This document shows positions 35,771 to 44,476 of a stretch of DNA of 64,000 bases, one piece after another (position 1 is the stretch's first letter; each line of letters opens with the position of its first letter). Made by a program: the position numbers and the translations under genes. The notes beneath the pieces are model-generated. The model did not search any database. It was not told where the DNA came from and was given only the letters and a program-made list of their open reading frames with translations. This stretch comes from an uncultured Desulfobacteraceae bacterium. GTDB lineage: Bacteria > Desulfobacterota > Desulfobacteria > Desulfobacterales > JALSRD01. Where the stretch lies: assembly GCA_964442705.1 (NCBI GenBank), contig CAYUAQ010000005.1, positions 1,102 to 65,101 on the forward strand, given 5' to 3'.

Positions 35771-37005
35771 GCCCTTGCTTTCCTCCTGATTTCCACGCGG
35801 ACCGGCAGCGCCGCCGTTCCTACGAAGGCAGCCTCGCTTCCGGGAACGATCTGAAACACAAGGCACTGGTCCCACCAGTCCAGGCTGTTCTCCACGTGGC
35901 GAAATCCCTGGTGCACGGCCAGGCTGATGGAGTAGTGCCCTCTTCCCAGATGCAGCCCCACCTCGAAATCCAGTTCCAGTTCCTCACCCGGCTCGAAATG
36001 TCCCGGTGAAACTTTGAGATGTCGCGTGTTGGTGCCGAAAACGTCATTTCCCAGCCGGTCTCTGATGATAAAGCCCACCGTGATATCGGCAACCGGCTTC
36101 TGAAAAGACACCGCCAGCTCCAAACGGGCGCTCTCCCCTACCCTGAAGGCCCGTGCCGATCGCCCGTCCCTGCCCACGAGCGCTACTTTCCGAACGCGGG
36201 CATCCCCACTGCCTGATCGGGTGCTGTGCCGGCCGAAGGCGTTTTCGGTCTGTTTGATTTCCTCTTCGTGTTTCTGGCGCGCTACCAGGGCGTTGTAGTA
36301 ATCCAGCAGCGCGTCGGGTTCGCCATCCTTGATGAGCCTGCCCTGGTCCAGCAGCAGGGCCCGTTCGCACAGCGATTTTACGGCGGCGGGATCATGGGAC
36401 ACGAAAAGCAGGGTGGTGCCCTTTTTCTTGAAGGCGCGGATGCGCTGCATGCACTTGTGCTGAAAATAGGTGTCTCCCACGGACAGGGCTTCGTCCACCA
36501 CCAGGATCTCCGGCCGCACGGCGGTGGCGGCACTGAATGCCAGCCGCACCTGCATGCCGGTGGAATACACGCGCATGGGCTGGTCCATGTAGTCGGAAAG
36601 CTCTGAAAAGGCCTCGATTTCGGGCAGCAGCCGTTCGCTCTCCCTGCGGCTCAGCCCCATCATCTGGCAGGTCATCAGCGCGTTGGTGCGGCCGCTGAAG
36701 TCGGGATGAAATCCCAGTCCCAGCTCCAGCAGGGCGGACACCCGGCCGCGGATGCCCACGCGGCCCTCGGTGGGCTGGGCCGTGCCGGTGAGAATCTTCA
36801 GCAGCGTGCTCTTGCCCGCGCCGTTCTGTCCGATGATACCGACGGATTCGCGCTGGCGCACGCCGAAAGAGACGTCCTGCAAAGCCAGGCGGGGTTCATG
36901 GGCGATGCGCCGTCCCAGGGACAGCCACTCCCCCAGGCGGGACCACTGGCTCGGGTAGCGTTTGTAGCGTTTGGTGACATGTTCGGCGGTGATTATGGTG
37001 CTCAC
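35767..37005 (-). CDS. wzt: O-polysaccharide ABC transporter ATP-binding protein with C-terminal extension (Wzt-type)
   Basis: 412-aa ORF with Walker A GQNGAGKST, signature YSTGMQVRL, Walker B ILVVDEAL and FVSHD. A C-terminal beta-rich domain of about 160 aa follows. The GTG start overlaps the wzm stop. Confidence 0.9.
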   Translation of the reverse strand: MSTIITAEHVTKRYKRYPSQWSRLGEWLSLGRRIAHEPRLALQDVSFGVRQRESVGIIGQNGAGKSTLLKILTGTAQPTEGRVGIRGRVSALLELGLGFHPDFSGRTNALMTCQMMGLSRRESERLLPEIEAFSELSDYMDQPMRVYSTGMQVRLAFSAATAVRPEILVVDEALSVGDTYFQHKCMQRIRAFKKKGTTLLFVSHDPAAVKSLCERALLLDQGRLIKDGEPDALLDYYNALVARQKHEEEIKQTENAFGRHSTRSGSGDARVRKVALVGRDGRSARAFRVGESARLELAVSFQKPVADITVGFIIRDRLGNDVFGTNTRHLKVSPGHFEPGEELELDFEVGLHLGRGHYSISLAVHQGFRHVENSLDWWDQCLVFQIVPGSEAAFVGTAALPVRVEIRRKARA

Positions 37006-37823
37006 AGCTCATCCACCATTTCGCCGGAGAGGCGCTGGAAAACGACAAAGCCGATGATCAGCGCCAGGGCGGCACCCAGCATATGCCAGCCGAAGCGGTC
37101 CCACTGGGGCCATTTGTCGTAAAGTACGATCTGCTGGTAACTGGTGACGAAGCGGGTCATGGGATTGAGTTCCACCAGCTTTTTGGCCGTCGGCGGCAGA
37201 ATGTTGAGGGGATAGACCACCGGTGTGAACCAGAACCAGAACTGCAGCACGATAGTGACGATATGAGTGACATCCCTGAAAAAGACATTGAGCGTACCCA
37301 GGAAAACACCGGCGCCCAGTACAAAGAACTGCTGCAGGCACAGCAGGGGTACAAAGGCGACGATAGACATCCCCGGCAGCCGGCCGGTGAGCAGCAGAAA
37401 ACTCACGAAGATACCGAAAATAATGATAAAATTAAGTGCACTAGAGAGAAATACGATCAGCGGCAGGGTGGTTCGGGGGAAATTTACCTTTTTAAGCAGG
37501 GTGGCGTTGTCCACGAACATTTTGGGACAGCGTCCCAGCAGGTCCGAAAAAAACCCCCAGGTGATCACCCCGGAGCAGACGAACATGCCGTATCCCATGG
37601 TGTCGGCCACGCCGGGGAGTTTGGCCCGCATGATCTTTGAGAAGATGACGGTATAGATGAATATCATGGCCATGGGATTTAAAATCGACCAGACACTGCC
37701 CAGCAGCGACCCCAGATAGTTTCCCCGAAATTCGCGCCACACCATGCTGAAGACAAATCCCCGGTACCGCCACAGCGCCCGCAGCCGGTCGGTCTGGGAT
37801 CTTATGAAAAAACCAGAACTCAT
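37002..37823 (-). CDS. wzm: ABC-2 type polysaccharide export permease (Wzm-type)
   Basis: Start taken at MSSGFFIRS (ATG37823, ATGA overlap with the gmd stop) inside track ORF 37002-37913. Six hydrophobic segments typical of ABC-2 permeases. Confidence 0.85.
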   Translation of the reverse strand: MSSGFFIRSQTDRLRALWRYRGFVFSMVWREFRGNYLGSLLGSVWSILNPMAMIFIYTVIFSKIMRAKLPGVADTMGYGMFVCSGVITWGFFSDLLGRCPKMFVDNATLLKKVNFPRTTLPLIVFLSSALNFIIIFGIFVSFLLLTGRLPGMSIVAFVPLLCLQQFFVLGAGVFLGTLNVFFRDVTHIVTIVLQFWFWFTPVVYPLNILPPTAKKLVELNPMTRFVTSYQQIVLYDKWPQWDRFGWHMLGAALALIIGFVVFQRLSGEMVDEL

Positions 37824-38809
37824 GTTCGCCCGTTTATGTGCCCCTCCAGCAGCGCCAGGTCGGCCTCTACCATCATTTTGACCAGTTCTTCGAATTTTAC
37901 CCGCGGCTGCCACCCCAGCTTTTCCCGACCTTTGCGGTAATCACCCTTCAGGAGATGGACCTCGGCGGGACGGTAGAAACGTTCGTCCACCACCACGTGC
38001 TTTTTCCAGTCCAGGTCCAGATAATCGAAGGCCATCTCCACAAATTCCTGCACCGCATGGGTTTCATTGGTGGCAATGACGTAGTCATCGGGCGCCGCCT
38101 GCTGCAGCATCAGCCACATGGCCTCCACGTAGTCGCCGGCAAACCCCCAGTCCCGCTTGGCGGCCAGGTTGCCCAGGCGCAGCTCCTGCGTACGGCCCAG
38201 CTTGATGCGGGCCGCCGTGCTGGTGATCTTGCGGGTCACGAACTCGTACCCCCGCCGGGGCGATTCGTGGTTGAAAAGAATCCCGCTGCACCCGAACAGA
38301 CCGTAGGAATCCCGAAAATTGCGGATGAGATCGAAACCGGCCACCTTGGAAATGCCGTAGGGGGAGCGCGGGTAAAAAGGAGTGTCCTCGTTCTGGGGGG
38401 TCTGCCGGGCATGACCGAACATCTCGCTGGTGGCGGCAAAGTAGAAACGACAGTCCGGCGCCTTCTCCTTGACGGCCGACAGCATGTACAGCGTCCCGTT
38501 GATGTTGGTGTTGATGGTGGAAAAAGCGTCTTCGAAGGAATAGCTCACGAAGCTCTGGGCTGCCAGGTGATAGCATTCGTGGGGTTTGACCTTCTCCACC
38601 ACGTTGAACAGGCTGGCATAGCTTTCCAGCGTGGCGGCATGCAGCGTCACCTTGTCCAGGATATGGTTGATCCGCCACAGGCGGTGGGCCGGGTCTTCCA
38701 GGGCCACCCTCCGTACGATGCCGTGCACCTCGTATCCCTTTTCCAGCAAAAGCTCCGAAAGGTAGGATCCGTCCTGCCCGGTGATTCCGGTGATCAATGC
38801 CCGCTTCAT
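37820..38809 (-). CDS. gmd: GDP-mannose 4,6-dehydratase
   Basis: 329-aa ORF with MKRALITGITGQDGSYLSELLLEKGYEVHG, ATSEMFG and SPYGISK (YxxxK). Confidence 0.93.
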   Translation of the reverse strand: MKRALITGITGQDGSYLSELLLEKGYEVHGIVRRVALEDPAHRLWRINHILDKVTLHAATLESYASLFNVVEKVKPHECYHLAAQSFVSYSFEDAFSTINTNINGTLYMLSAVKEKAPDCRFYFAATSEMFGHARQTPQNEDTPFYPRSPYGISKVAGFDLIRNFRDSYGLFGCSGILFNHESPRRGYEFVTRKITSTAARIKLGRTQELRLGNLAAKRDWGFAGDYVEAMWLMLQQAAPDDYVIATNETHAVQEFVEMAFDYLDLDWKKHVVVDERFYRPAEVHLLKGDYRKGREKLGWQPRVKFEELVKMMVEADLALLEGHINGRT

Positions 38810-38861
38810 CAGTGCTGTTTCCTTTCTGTCAATTGCGCTGCCAACGATCAGGTTCCAGATG

Positions 38862-40760
38862 TCAGTTGCCGGGTAAGCGCCCGTGCTGGCGGATGGGGCT
38901 CAGGGCAATGCCCAGCACCCGCCGGTCGTTCCCCAGCCCCAGTTTGCGGGGAACGAAGGTGCGGCTTACAGCGGTCTGAAAAAATACTTCCCGGTTTCTG
39001 GGACCGGGCAGAAAATAGTCCAGTTTCCGGGTTCCGGGTTCCGAAAACAGGAGGCGGTCCAACGGCTTTCCATCGATGGACACGATGACGAGAAGCGGTT
39101 CTTCCAGCCTGGCGGTGGCACCGTGCGCATAAATCTTCAGCGAAAGGCCGTTGCGCCTCATTTTTATGCGGGTGGAGGATTTTTGCGAAGTCCAGACCAT
39201 CTTTCCATAGGGAGGCCCCCAGTTTTCCCAGGGAAGATACAACCCATACTCGTTTTTCAATGGCCACCAGGAGGCCTGCTGCGTGGCGGCGTATCCCCGG
39301 TTTCCCAGGGAAGAGGCGTAAGTGCCGGCAGAAAAAACCACCATGAAAGCCACCGCCATTGCCGCCACAACGCGGGAGCGGATTTTCAGGACCGGTTGCC
39401 ATCCGGCTTTGAGTCCTGTTGAAAAAAGATACCCCAGCAGCACACAGACGATCCAGGCCACTTCGGGAGAAAAGGTATGCGGGCCTGTGAGGCACAGTAC
39501 CACCATCACCGCCACCGTGCAGGTTACCATGCCCGTGGCAAAGCGTTGCCGCGCATCCGCGATTTTGTCCCGGAGGTGTACAGCGGCATGAATCGGAATC
39601 AGGAAAAACAGCAGCACCACGACCACCAGTGGTAGGCCCAGTTCGGCGGCTACCTGCAGATAGAGGTTTTCGGCGTTGTCTATGTAACCCGTGTGCTCGC
39701 CGTAGCGGGCTCTCGTGTTGTCCACCTGCCGCCAGAACCCTCCAGGTCCCCATCCCGCCCAAGGCGAGCGCCCTACCATTCGAACCGCCTGTAGGCCCAA
39801 CTCCCACCGGCTGGAAAGCCGTCGGAGGTCGCCGGCTTGTTTGCTCGACTCGAGGGAATGCAGCAGGCGGCTGGCAAGAGGCATTTCCTGCAGGCGCCCG
39901 CTCTTCAGCAGAATACCGCCGACCAGCAGCACGGCCACCAGCACAGCCGCCAATGACCAGACGATCATCCGGCCAGCCGAAATCTTTCTTTCCATGAGGC
40001 GGTGTCGCACGGGCAGGAACAGGGTGATCATCAGCAGGATACCCCCGAAGGCGGTGCGGCTGCCACTCAAAAAAACCGCCCAGCAGATCAGCACCAGCAC
40101 CAGGCCGTAAGCCATTTTTGCCATTTTACCCCGTGAAAGCACCAAGGCCATCAGCGCAATGGGAAACAGCAGGAACAGCGTTATTCCGAATCCGTTGACA
40201 TCCGACCCCAGGCCCGAAACCCGGTCCGCCCAGGTGCGCGCCGAGGGATTCCAGAAATGGAAATCGATATAGGCTTGATAGACAGCCACCCCCAGGGAGG
40301 GCAGCAGCAGCAGCGGCAGCGCTTTCAGGTATCCGAGACCGTTTTCCATATTCTGAAACAGGGCCATGGAAATCACCAGCAGCATCGGAAACAGCAGATA
40401 AACGGCTGTCTGCCGCGTCAGGGTGCCCTCGCCCCAGAAAGCGGTACCGCGGGCGGCGGTAATATAATCGGCCGGATCCAGCCGACTCAAGGCCAAATGA
40501 TGCATGAGAGCGGATACCAGAACCGCGACGGCATACGCCAGTGACAACCAAAGCAGGCATTTGCCGTTTCCCATCCAGCGCCGGTCCGGCAGCAATACAC
40601 AGGTTGCCAGCACCAGCGTGCTCACGGCCACCCTCAGCCACGCTGAACCGATACCCGACAGCCACAGAAAGGCACTGCTGAGCAGCACGAACAACACCAT
40701 GCTGAAAAAATGCCCCCGCAGTCGACCGGGAACCGTCAATCGATTACTGGAAGCGATCAA
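38862..40760 (-). CDS. O-antigen ligase (WaaL/Wzy_C) family membrane protein with C-terminal periplasmic domain
   Basis: 632-aa polytopic ORF. A large loop with SGSRTAFGGILLMITL is typical of the O-antigen ligase domain. A soluble tail of about 170 aa follows. The TTG start abuts the upstream stop, so the start is uncertain. Confidence 0.7.
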   Translation of the reverse strand: MIASSNRLTVPGRLRGHFFSMVLFVLLSSAFLWLSGIGSAWLRVAVSTLVLATCVLLPDRRWMGNGKCLLWLSLAYAVAVLVSALMHHLALSRLDPADYITAARGTAFWGEGTLTRQTAVYLLFPMLLVISMALFQNMENGLGYLKALPLLLLPSLGVAVYQAYIDFHFWNPSARTWADRVSGLGSDVNGFGITLFLLFPIALMALVLSRGKMAKMAYGLVLVLICWAVFLSGSRTAFGGILLMITLFLPVRHRLMERKISAGRMIVWSLAAVLVAVLLVGGILLKSGRLQEMPLASRLLHSLESSKQAGDLRRLSSRWELGLQAVRMVGRSPWAGWGPGGFWRQVDNTRARYGEHTGYIDNAENLYLQVAAELGLPLVVVVLLFFLIPIHAAVHLRDKIADARQRFATGMVTCTVAVMVVLCLTGPHTFSPEVAWIVCVLLGYLFSTGLKAGWQPVLKIRSRVVAAMAVAFMVVFSAGTYASSLGNRGYAATQQASWWPLKNEYGLYLPWENWGPPYGKMVWTSQKSSTRIKMRRNGLSLKIYAHGATARLEEPLLVIVSIDGKPLDRLLFSEPGTRKLDYFLPGPRNREVFFQTAVSRTFVPRKLGLGNDRRVLGIALSPIRQHGRLPGN

Positions 40761-42155
40761 TCAAATGCCCCTGAAAGCAAAAATGAGTGTCTCGATCAGA
40801 ATGGCCACATCCAGGAAAAAGGAAACGTGCCGGATGTAATAAAGGTCATAATCCATGTTTTCGTGAATGGCGCGGCTGCGGTCACCGCTGAGCTGCCACA
40901 TACCGGTGAGCCCCGGCAGCATCTGGAGCCGTTCGCGCTGGAGCGCGTTATATTTTTTCACGATAAACGGCATCTCCGGCCGCGGCCCCACAAAGGACAT
41001 GTCCCCCTTGAGGATATTGAACAGTTGCGGGACCTCGTCAAGGCTGGTCTTTCTCAGAAATCGTCCTACCCGGGTGATGCGCGGGTCTTCGTGGCTTGTG
41101 GGGCTGGGTGCCAGCGGATCCGTTTCGCGGTGCATGGTACGAAACTTGTAGACGGTAAATATCTTTCCGTTCTTGCCCACGCGGTCGTGGGTAAAAATTA
41201 CGGGTCCGGCAGAGTCGACCTTGATGGCCAGGGCTATGACCAGCATCAGCGGCCACAGCAGCATCAGCAGAACGATGGATAGTGCCATGTCCAGATAGCG
41301 TTTGACATACAGGTAGGGTTTTTTCTGCTGGCGCACTTCTTCAACCACCGGCAGGTCGCCGATGGTGAAAATACGGATACGGTGCACAAAAAGCCGATAC
41401 AAATTGGGAATGAAACATGCCTTCAGCCCGCATTTCTTGATATTTTCCAGAATGGCCAGCAGGACGTCGCTGCTCACGTTGGAAATCGCCACCCAAACTT
41501 CGTCGACGTGGTGTTCCTGCCTGATGCGGCTGAGCTGACCGCCATTTCCCAGCACACATAGTCCGCCCTTGCAGTTGAACCCGAGCTGCCGGAAAACCGA
41601 CCCGGCTTTTCCAGGATCGTCGTCGATGAAGCCCACCGGCGTGATACCCATCTTGGGAGAATTGACGATGTTGCGATACAGGGTCTGCCCCAGTTCTCCA
41701 GCCCCGTATATCAGTATCTTTTTGTTCATTCCGGAGAGCCGGTTGGCCACCGGCAGCAGATGGTAGAGCACCGTACGTTCGATGACCAGCAGGACCATGG
41801 AAAGGACATAGGAAAATCCCAGTGTGTACCGTGAAAGGTAAATGGTGCCGAAGTAGAGAAAAACCGCAAACACCAGGTAGCTGATGGTAACGCCTTTGCA
41901 GACCGCCTTGATTTCATTGACGTTGAGCAGGCTGGACTCCCGCCGGTAGGCCCCTACGATCTGCAGGATCACCACTACCGTGGCCGCGGCGATCAGGGCG
42001 GCGATCATCACCTGGTGGTCCGGGTAATAGACCTGCCTGCCGATGTTGAGCATGCGGTACAGCCGATAGGAGGCCAGCATACCGGCGAAGAGCACGAGGA
42101 AATCGATGCCCCGGTACACCGCCGCCATGAAAATGGTGAAAGTTCCGCTTTTCAT
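40761..42155 (-). CDS. Polyprenyl-phosphate hexose-1-phosphate transferase (WbaP/WcaJ-type bacterial sugar transferase)
   Basis: 464-aa ORF with N-terminal TM helices, a Rossmann-like central region and the C-terminal catalytic domain KFRTM, SLDEVPQLFNILKGDMSFVGPRP, PGLTGMWQ. Confidence 0.88.
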   Translation of the reverse strand: MKSGTFTIFMAAVYRGIDFLVLFAGMLASYRLYRMLNIGRQVYYPDHQVMIAALIAAATVVVILQIVGAYRRESSLLNVNEIKAVCKGVTISYLVFAVFLYFGTIYLSRYTLGFSYVLSMVLLVIERTVLYHLLPVANRLSGMNKKILIYGAGELGQTLYRNIVNSPKMGITPVGFIDDDPGKAGSVFRQLGFNCKGGLCVLGNGGQLSRIRQEHHVDEVWVAISNVSSDVLLAILENIKKCGLKACFIPNLYRLFVHRIRIFTIGDLPVVEEVRQQKKPYLYVKRYLDMALSIVLLMLLWPLMLVIALAIKVDSAGPVIFTHDRVGKNGKIFTVYKFRTMHRETDPLAPSPTSHEDPRITRVGRFLRKTSLDEVPQLFNILKGDMSFVGPRPEMPFIVKKYNALQRERLQMLPGLTGMWQLSGDRSRAIHENMDYDLYYIRHVSFFLDVAILIETLIFAFRGI

Positions 42156-43309
42156 GGGGTCATTTCACCGGCAGGCTCTTGAAGACGCCGAGGCAGCGGC
42201 CTGCGGCAGAGCCGGTAGAAAAGGCTTTCGTAGGCGTCGGTTACACTTTCCCATTGAAAGCGCTGCGTTGCCCGCTTGGATGCTAGGCTGCGAAAACGCT
42301 CCAGTTGTCCCTGGTCGGAGAGCAATTCCTGCAAAATCAGCCGTAGTTCTTGGCTGCCCCCTGCCCCGTTGTAGGACAGTCCGGCGTCTGAGATGGTCTC
42401 CAGATTTTCTTCCGTGCCGTTGACGACAACGCAGTTGCCCAGCGCCATGGCCTCTAGCAGGGCGGGGTGGGTTCCCCCGACACCCGAAGTCTCAACGAAA
42501 ATGGCGGCATTGGATCCCAGCTCCCGGTAGCCGCGGCCGAAAAGGTAACCGGTGAAAATGATGCGGGTGTCGTCCCTGGCGGCGTCTTTGAGCCGCTGTA
42601 TGTACGCGTCCGCATACGGTGCGTCGCCCACTATCACGCACTTCAGGGAAGTGTCAAGATGGCGGAAGGCCTCCACCAGATGGTGGGCACAGTTCTCGGG
42701 GACCAGCCTGCCGACAAAAAGGATGTAGCCACGCGGTTCCAGACCCAGGCCGGCCAGTGTTTCCCCAGGGGGTTCAGGACGCACTTCAGAGCCATAGGGA
42801 ATATAGGGCGGACGTTTTCCGTAACGGCGTTCATAATACGCCTGCACCGCCCGGGAGTCGGTCAGAAACCGGTTGGGTAGCCGGGTGGCGAGATACTCCG
42901 CTGTCTTGATGTAGAGTTTGGCCGCCGCAGGCCATTTTTCTCTCTTCCAGTCCAAACCGTCCACGTTCAGGAGCGTGCGGGTGCCTGCCAGTCGCGGAAT
43001 CCAGCTCATGAGGCTGTTTCCGGCGATAAAGTAGAGCCCGATGTCAAACCCCTGCCCCAAGGCGTGCAGGGAGGAAAGGAAGGTGTGCAGCAGGGTGTCG
43101 AAATACTTGTTTGCCAGGGTGGGCAGCTTGACCAGATGCATGCCCCGGTACGTGGTCTGGTTATAAACGATGTGGTGAGACCGGCAGTACACCGTTACCC
43201 GGTGACCGCGCCGTACCAGCCGCCAACCCAACTCTTCCACACAGGTTTCGAACCCGCTGTAACTGGCGGGCACCCCCCGTGTACCCAACATGGCGATATT
43301 TAATGTCAT
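42152..43309 (-). CDS. GT4 glycosyltransferase with DUF1972-type N-terminus
   Basis: 385-aa ORF. The N-terminal IAMLGTRGVPASYSGFETCVEEL is the hallmark of rhamnosyl/hexosyl transferases of this subfamily. GGTHPALLEAMALGNCVV. Confidence 0.85.
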   Translation of the reverse strand: MTLNIAMLGTRGVPASYSGFETCVEELGWRLVRRGHRVTVYCRSHHIVYNQTTYRGMHLVKLPTLANKYFDTLLHTFLSSLHALGQGFDIGLYFIAGNSLMSWIPRLAGTRTLLNVDGLDWKREKWPAAAKLYIKTAEYLATRLPNRFLTDSRAVQAYYERRYGKRPPYIPYGSEVRPEPPGETLAGLGLEPRGYILFVGRLVPENCAHHLVEAFRHLDTSLKCVIVGDAPYADAYIQRLKDAARDDTRIIFTGYLFGRGYRELGSNAAIFVETSGVGGTHPALLEAMALGNCVVVNGTEENLETISDAGLSYNGAGGSQELRLILQELLSDQGQLERFRSLASKRATQRFQWESVTDAYESLFYRLCRRPLPRRLQEPAGEMTP

Positions 43310-43316
43310 TGTTTAT

Positions 43317-43346
43317 ATATTAGAGCTTATCTATTTTATATTTCAA
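43317..43346 (-). promoter_or_regulatory. Candidate sigma70-type promoter in an AT-rich spacer; may give a leaderless transcript
   Basis: Minus strand: A-rich UP-like tract, TTGAAA (43346-43341), 18-nt spacer, TAATAT (43322-43317), then 7 nt to ATG43309. There is no Shine-Dalgarno. Confidence 0.3.
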
Positions 43347-43395
43347 TTTTTTTACTGAAAGTTGATACCTTATACCTGACATCTTGCACCTTCCA

Positions 43396-44376
43396 TCACC
43401 CCATAAATAAGTCCATCATATATTTTTCATCCACCCGTTTTTTCGCCTGTATAACCCGTCGTTTTTTCAGCGTCTCCGGCATGAGCCGGATGACCAGCCA
43501 CAGCGCCGGCAGCGAACGGTGCTCTGCCAGCAGAACGTAGCCCACCACCAGCAAATCCCGGTAAAGCGCCGGGCCGGCGAACTTCACGGCATGCCCCAGT
43601 GTCTGATTCTTCAAGCGCATCAGAAAGCGGTTTTTTACCGAATGCATGTTGAGCAGGGGCGCGATGTCACGACGCCGTAAGCCCGGCCTCAACCCGCGGG
43701 CATGGTAGGCCACGGCGCGGGGTGTGTAAAGCCCTTTCCAACCCAGGAGCTGAGCCCGCCAGGCCAGATCGGCGTCTTCACGGTAGATCACGAAGGCCTC
43801 GTCGAATACCTGCCCGTCCACGGCGACGTCGGCCAGCATGTCGCGACGGTAAAGCGGCGCCGCACCGGAGGGGCCGAAAATAGGGCTCTTTTCTTCAAAC
43901 CCACCACTGTCGATCTCATCGGCACCCCGGTCGAAATGACGCATCTGGCGACTGAAAAGCATGCCCGTGGAATCGATCACCGGCGGACTGAGCGGGTTCA
44001 GATCTCTGCCCATGCGCAGCAGTTTACCGGAGACCATCCCCACGGCGGGATCCGATTCGGCGGCCGCGACCATTGCCGTAATGAAGCCCGGCGTGAGCAC
44101 CACGTCGGCATTCAGCAGCACCACGTAGTCGCCGCCGGTTCGCTGGATGCCGATATTGTTGGCCCGGCAGAAAAACAGGTTGCGGCTGAATTCAAGCACT
44201 TCAAACCGGGGGTAACGCCGTCGGACCCTATCGGCGGCCCCGTCCTGGGAAGCGTTGTCCAGGAACAGGACTTTCAGCCGGGGATAGTCCTGGCGCGCGA
44301 CGCTGTCCAGGCAGGCGTTAAGCGACCAGAGAGACCGGTAATAGAGGATGATGATGCTAACCGCCGGAGCTGCCAT
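43396..44376 (-). CDS. GT2 glycosyltransferase
   Basis: 326-aa ORF with VSIIILYYRS, LDNASQDG and LLNADV (DxD-like). Confidence 0.85.
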   Translation of the reverse strand: MAAPAVSIIILYYRSLWSLNACLDSVARQDYPRLKVLFLDNASQDGAADRVRRRYPRFEVLEFSRNLFFCRANNIGIQRTGGDYVVLLNADVVLTPGFITAMVAAAESDPAVGMVSGKLLRMGRDLNPLSPPVIDSTGMLFSRQMRHFDRGADEIDSGGFEEKSPIFGPSGAAPLYRRDMLADVAVDGQVFDEAFVIYREDADLAWRAQLLGWKGLYTPRAVAYHARGLRPGLRRRDIAPLLNMHSVKNRFLMRLKNQTLGHAVKFAGPALYRDLLVVGYVLLAEHRSLPALWLVIRLMPETLKKRRVIQAKKRVDEKYMMDLFMG

Positions 44377-44476
44377 TTCTGTTTAAAATCCCGCCAGCGG
44401 GGTCACGGAGACCCGGGCGTTTTATCAAGCTTTTTCCCCGCGCCCCCGTGTTCCCCGCGGCGAAGCTGTCTGCACC

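Noticed and set aside
38848-39807. 319-aa minus-strand ORF out of frame inside the O-antigen-ligase-like gene. Comparable same-strand out-of-frame ORFs lie at 47787-48503, 48528-49148 and 56430-57794
   Set aside because: The alternative frames are Arg/Gly/Pro-rich with no membrane helices, while the chosen frames give coherent polytopic membrane proteins. I saw no evidence of a frameshift or pseudogene.
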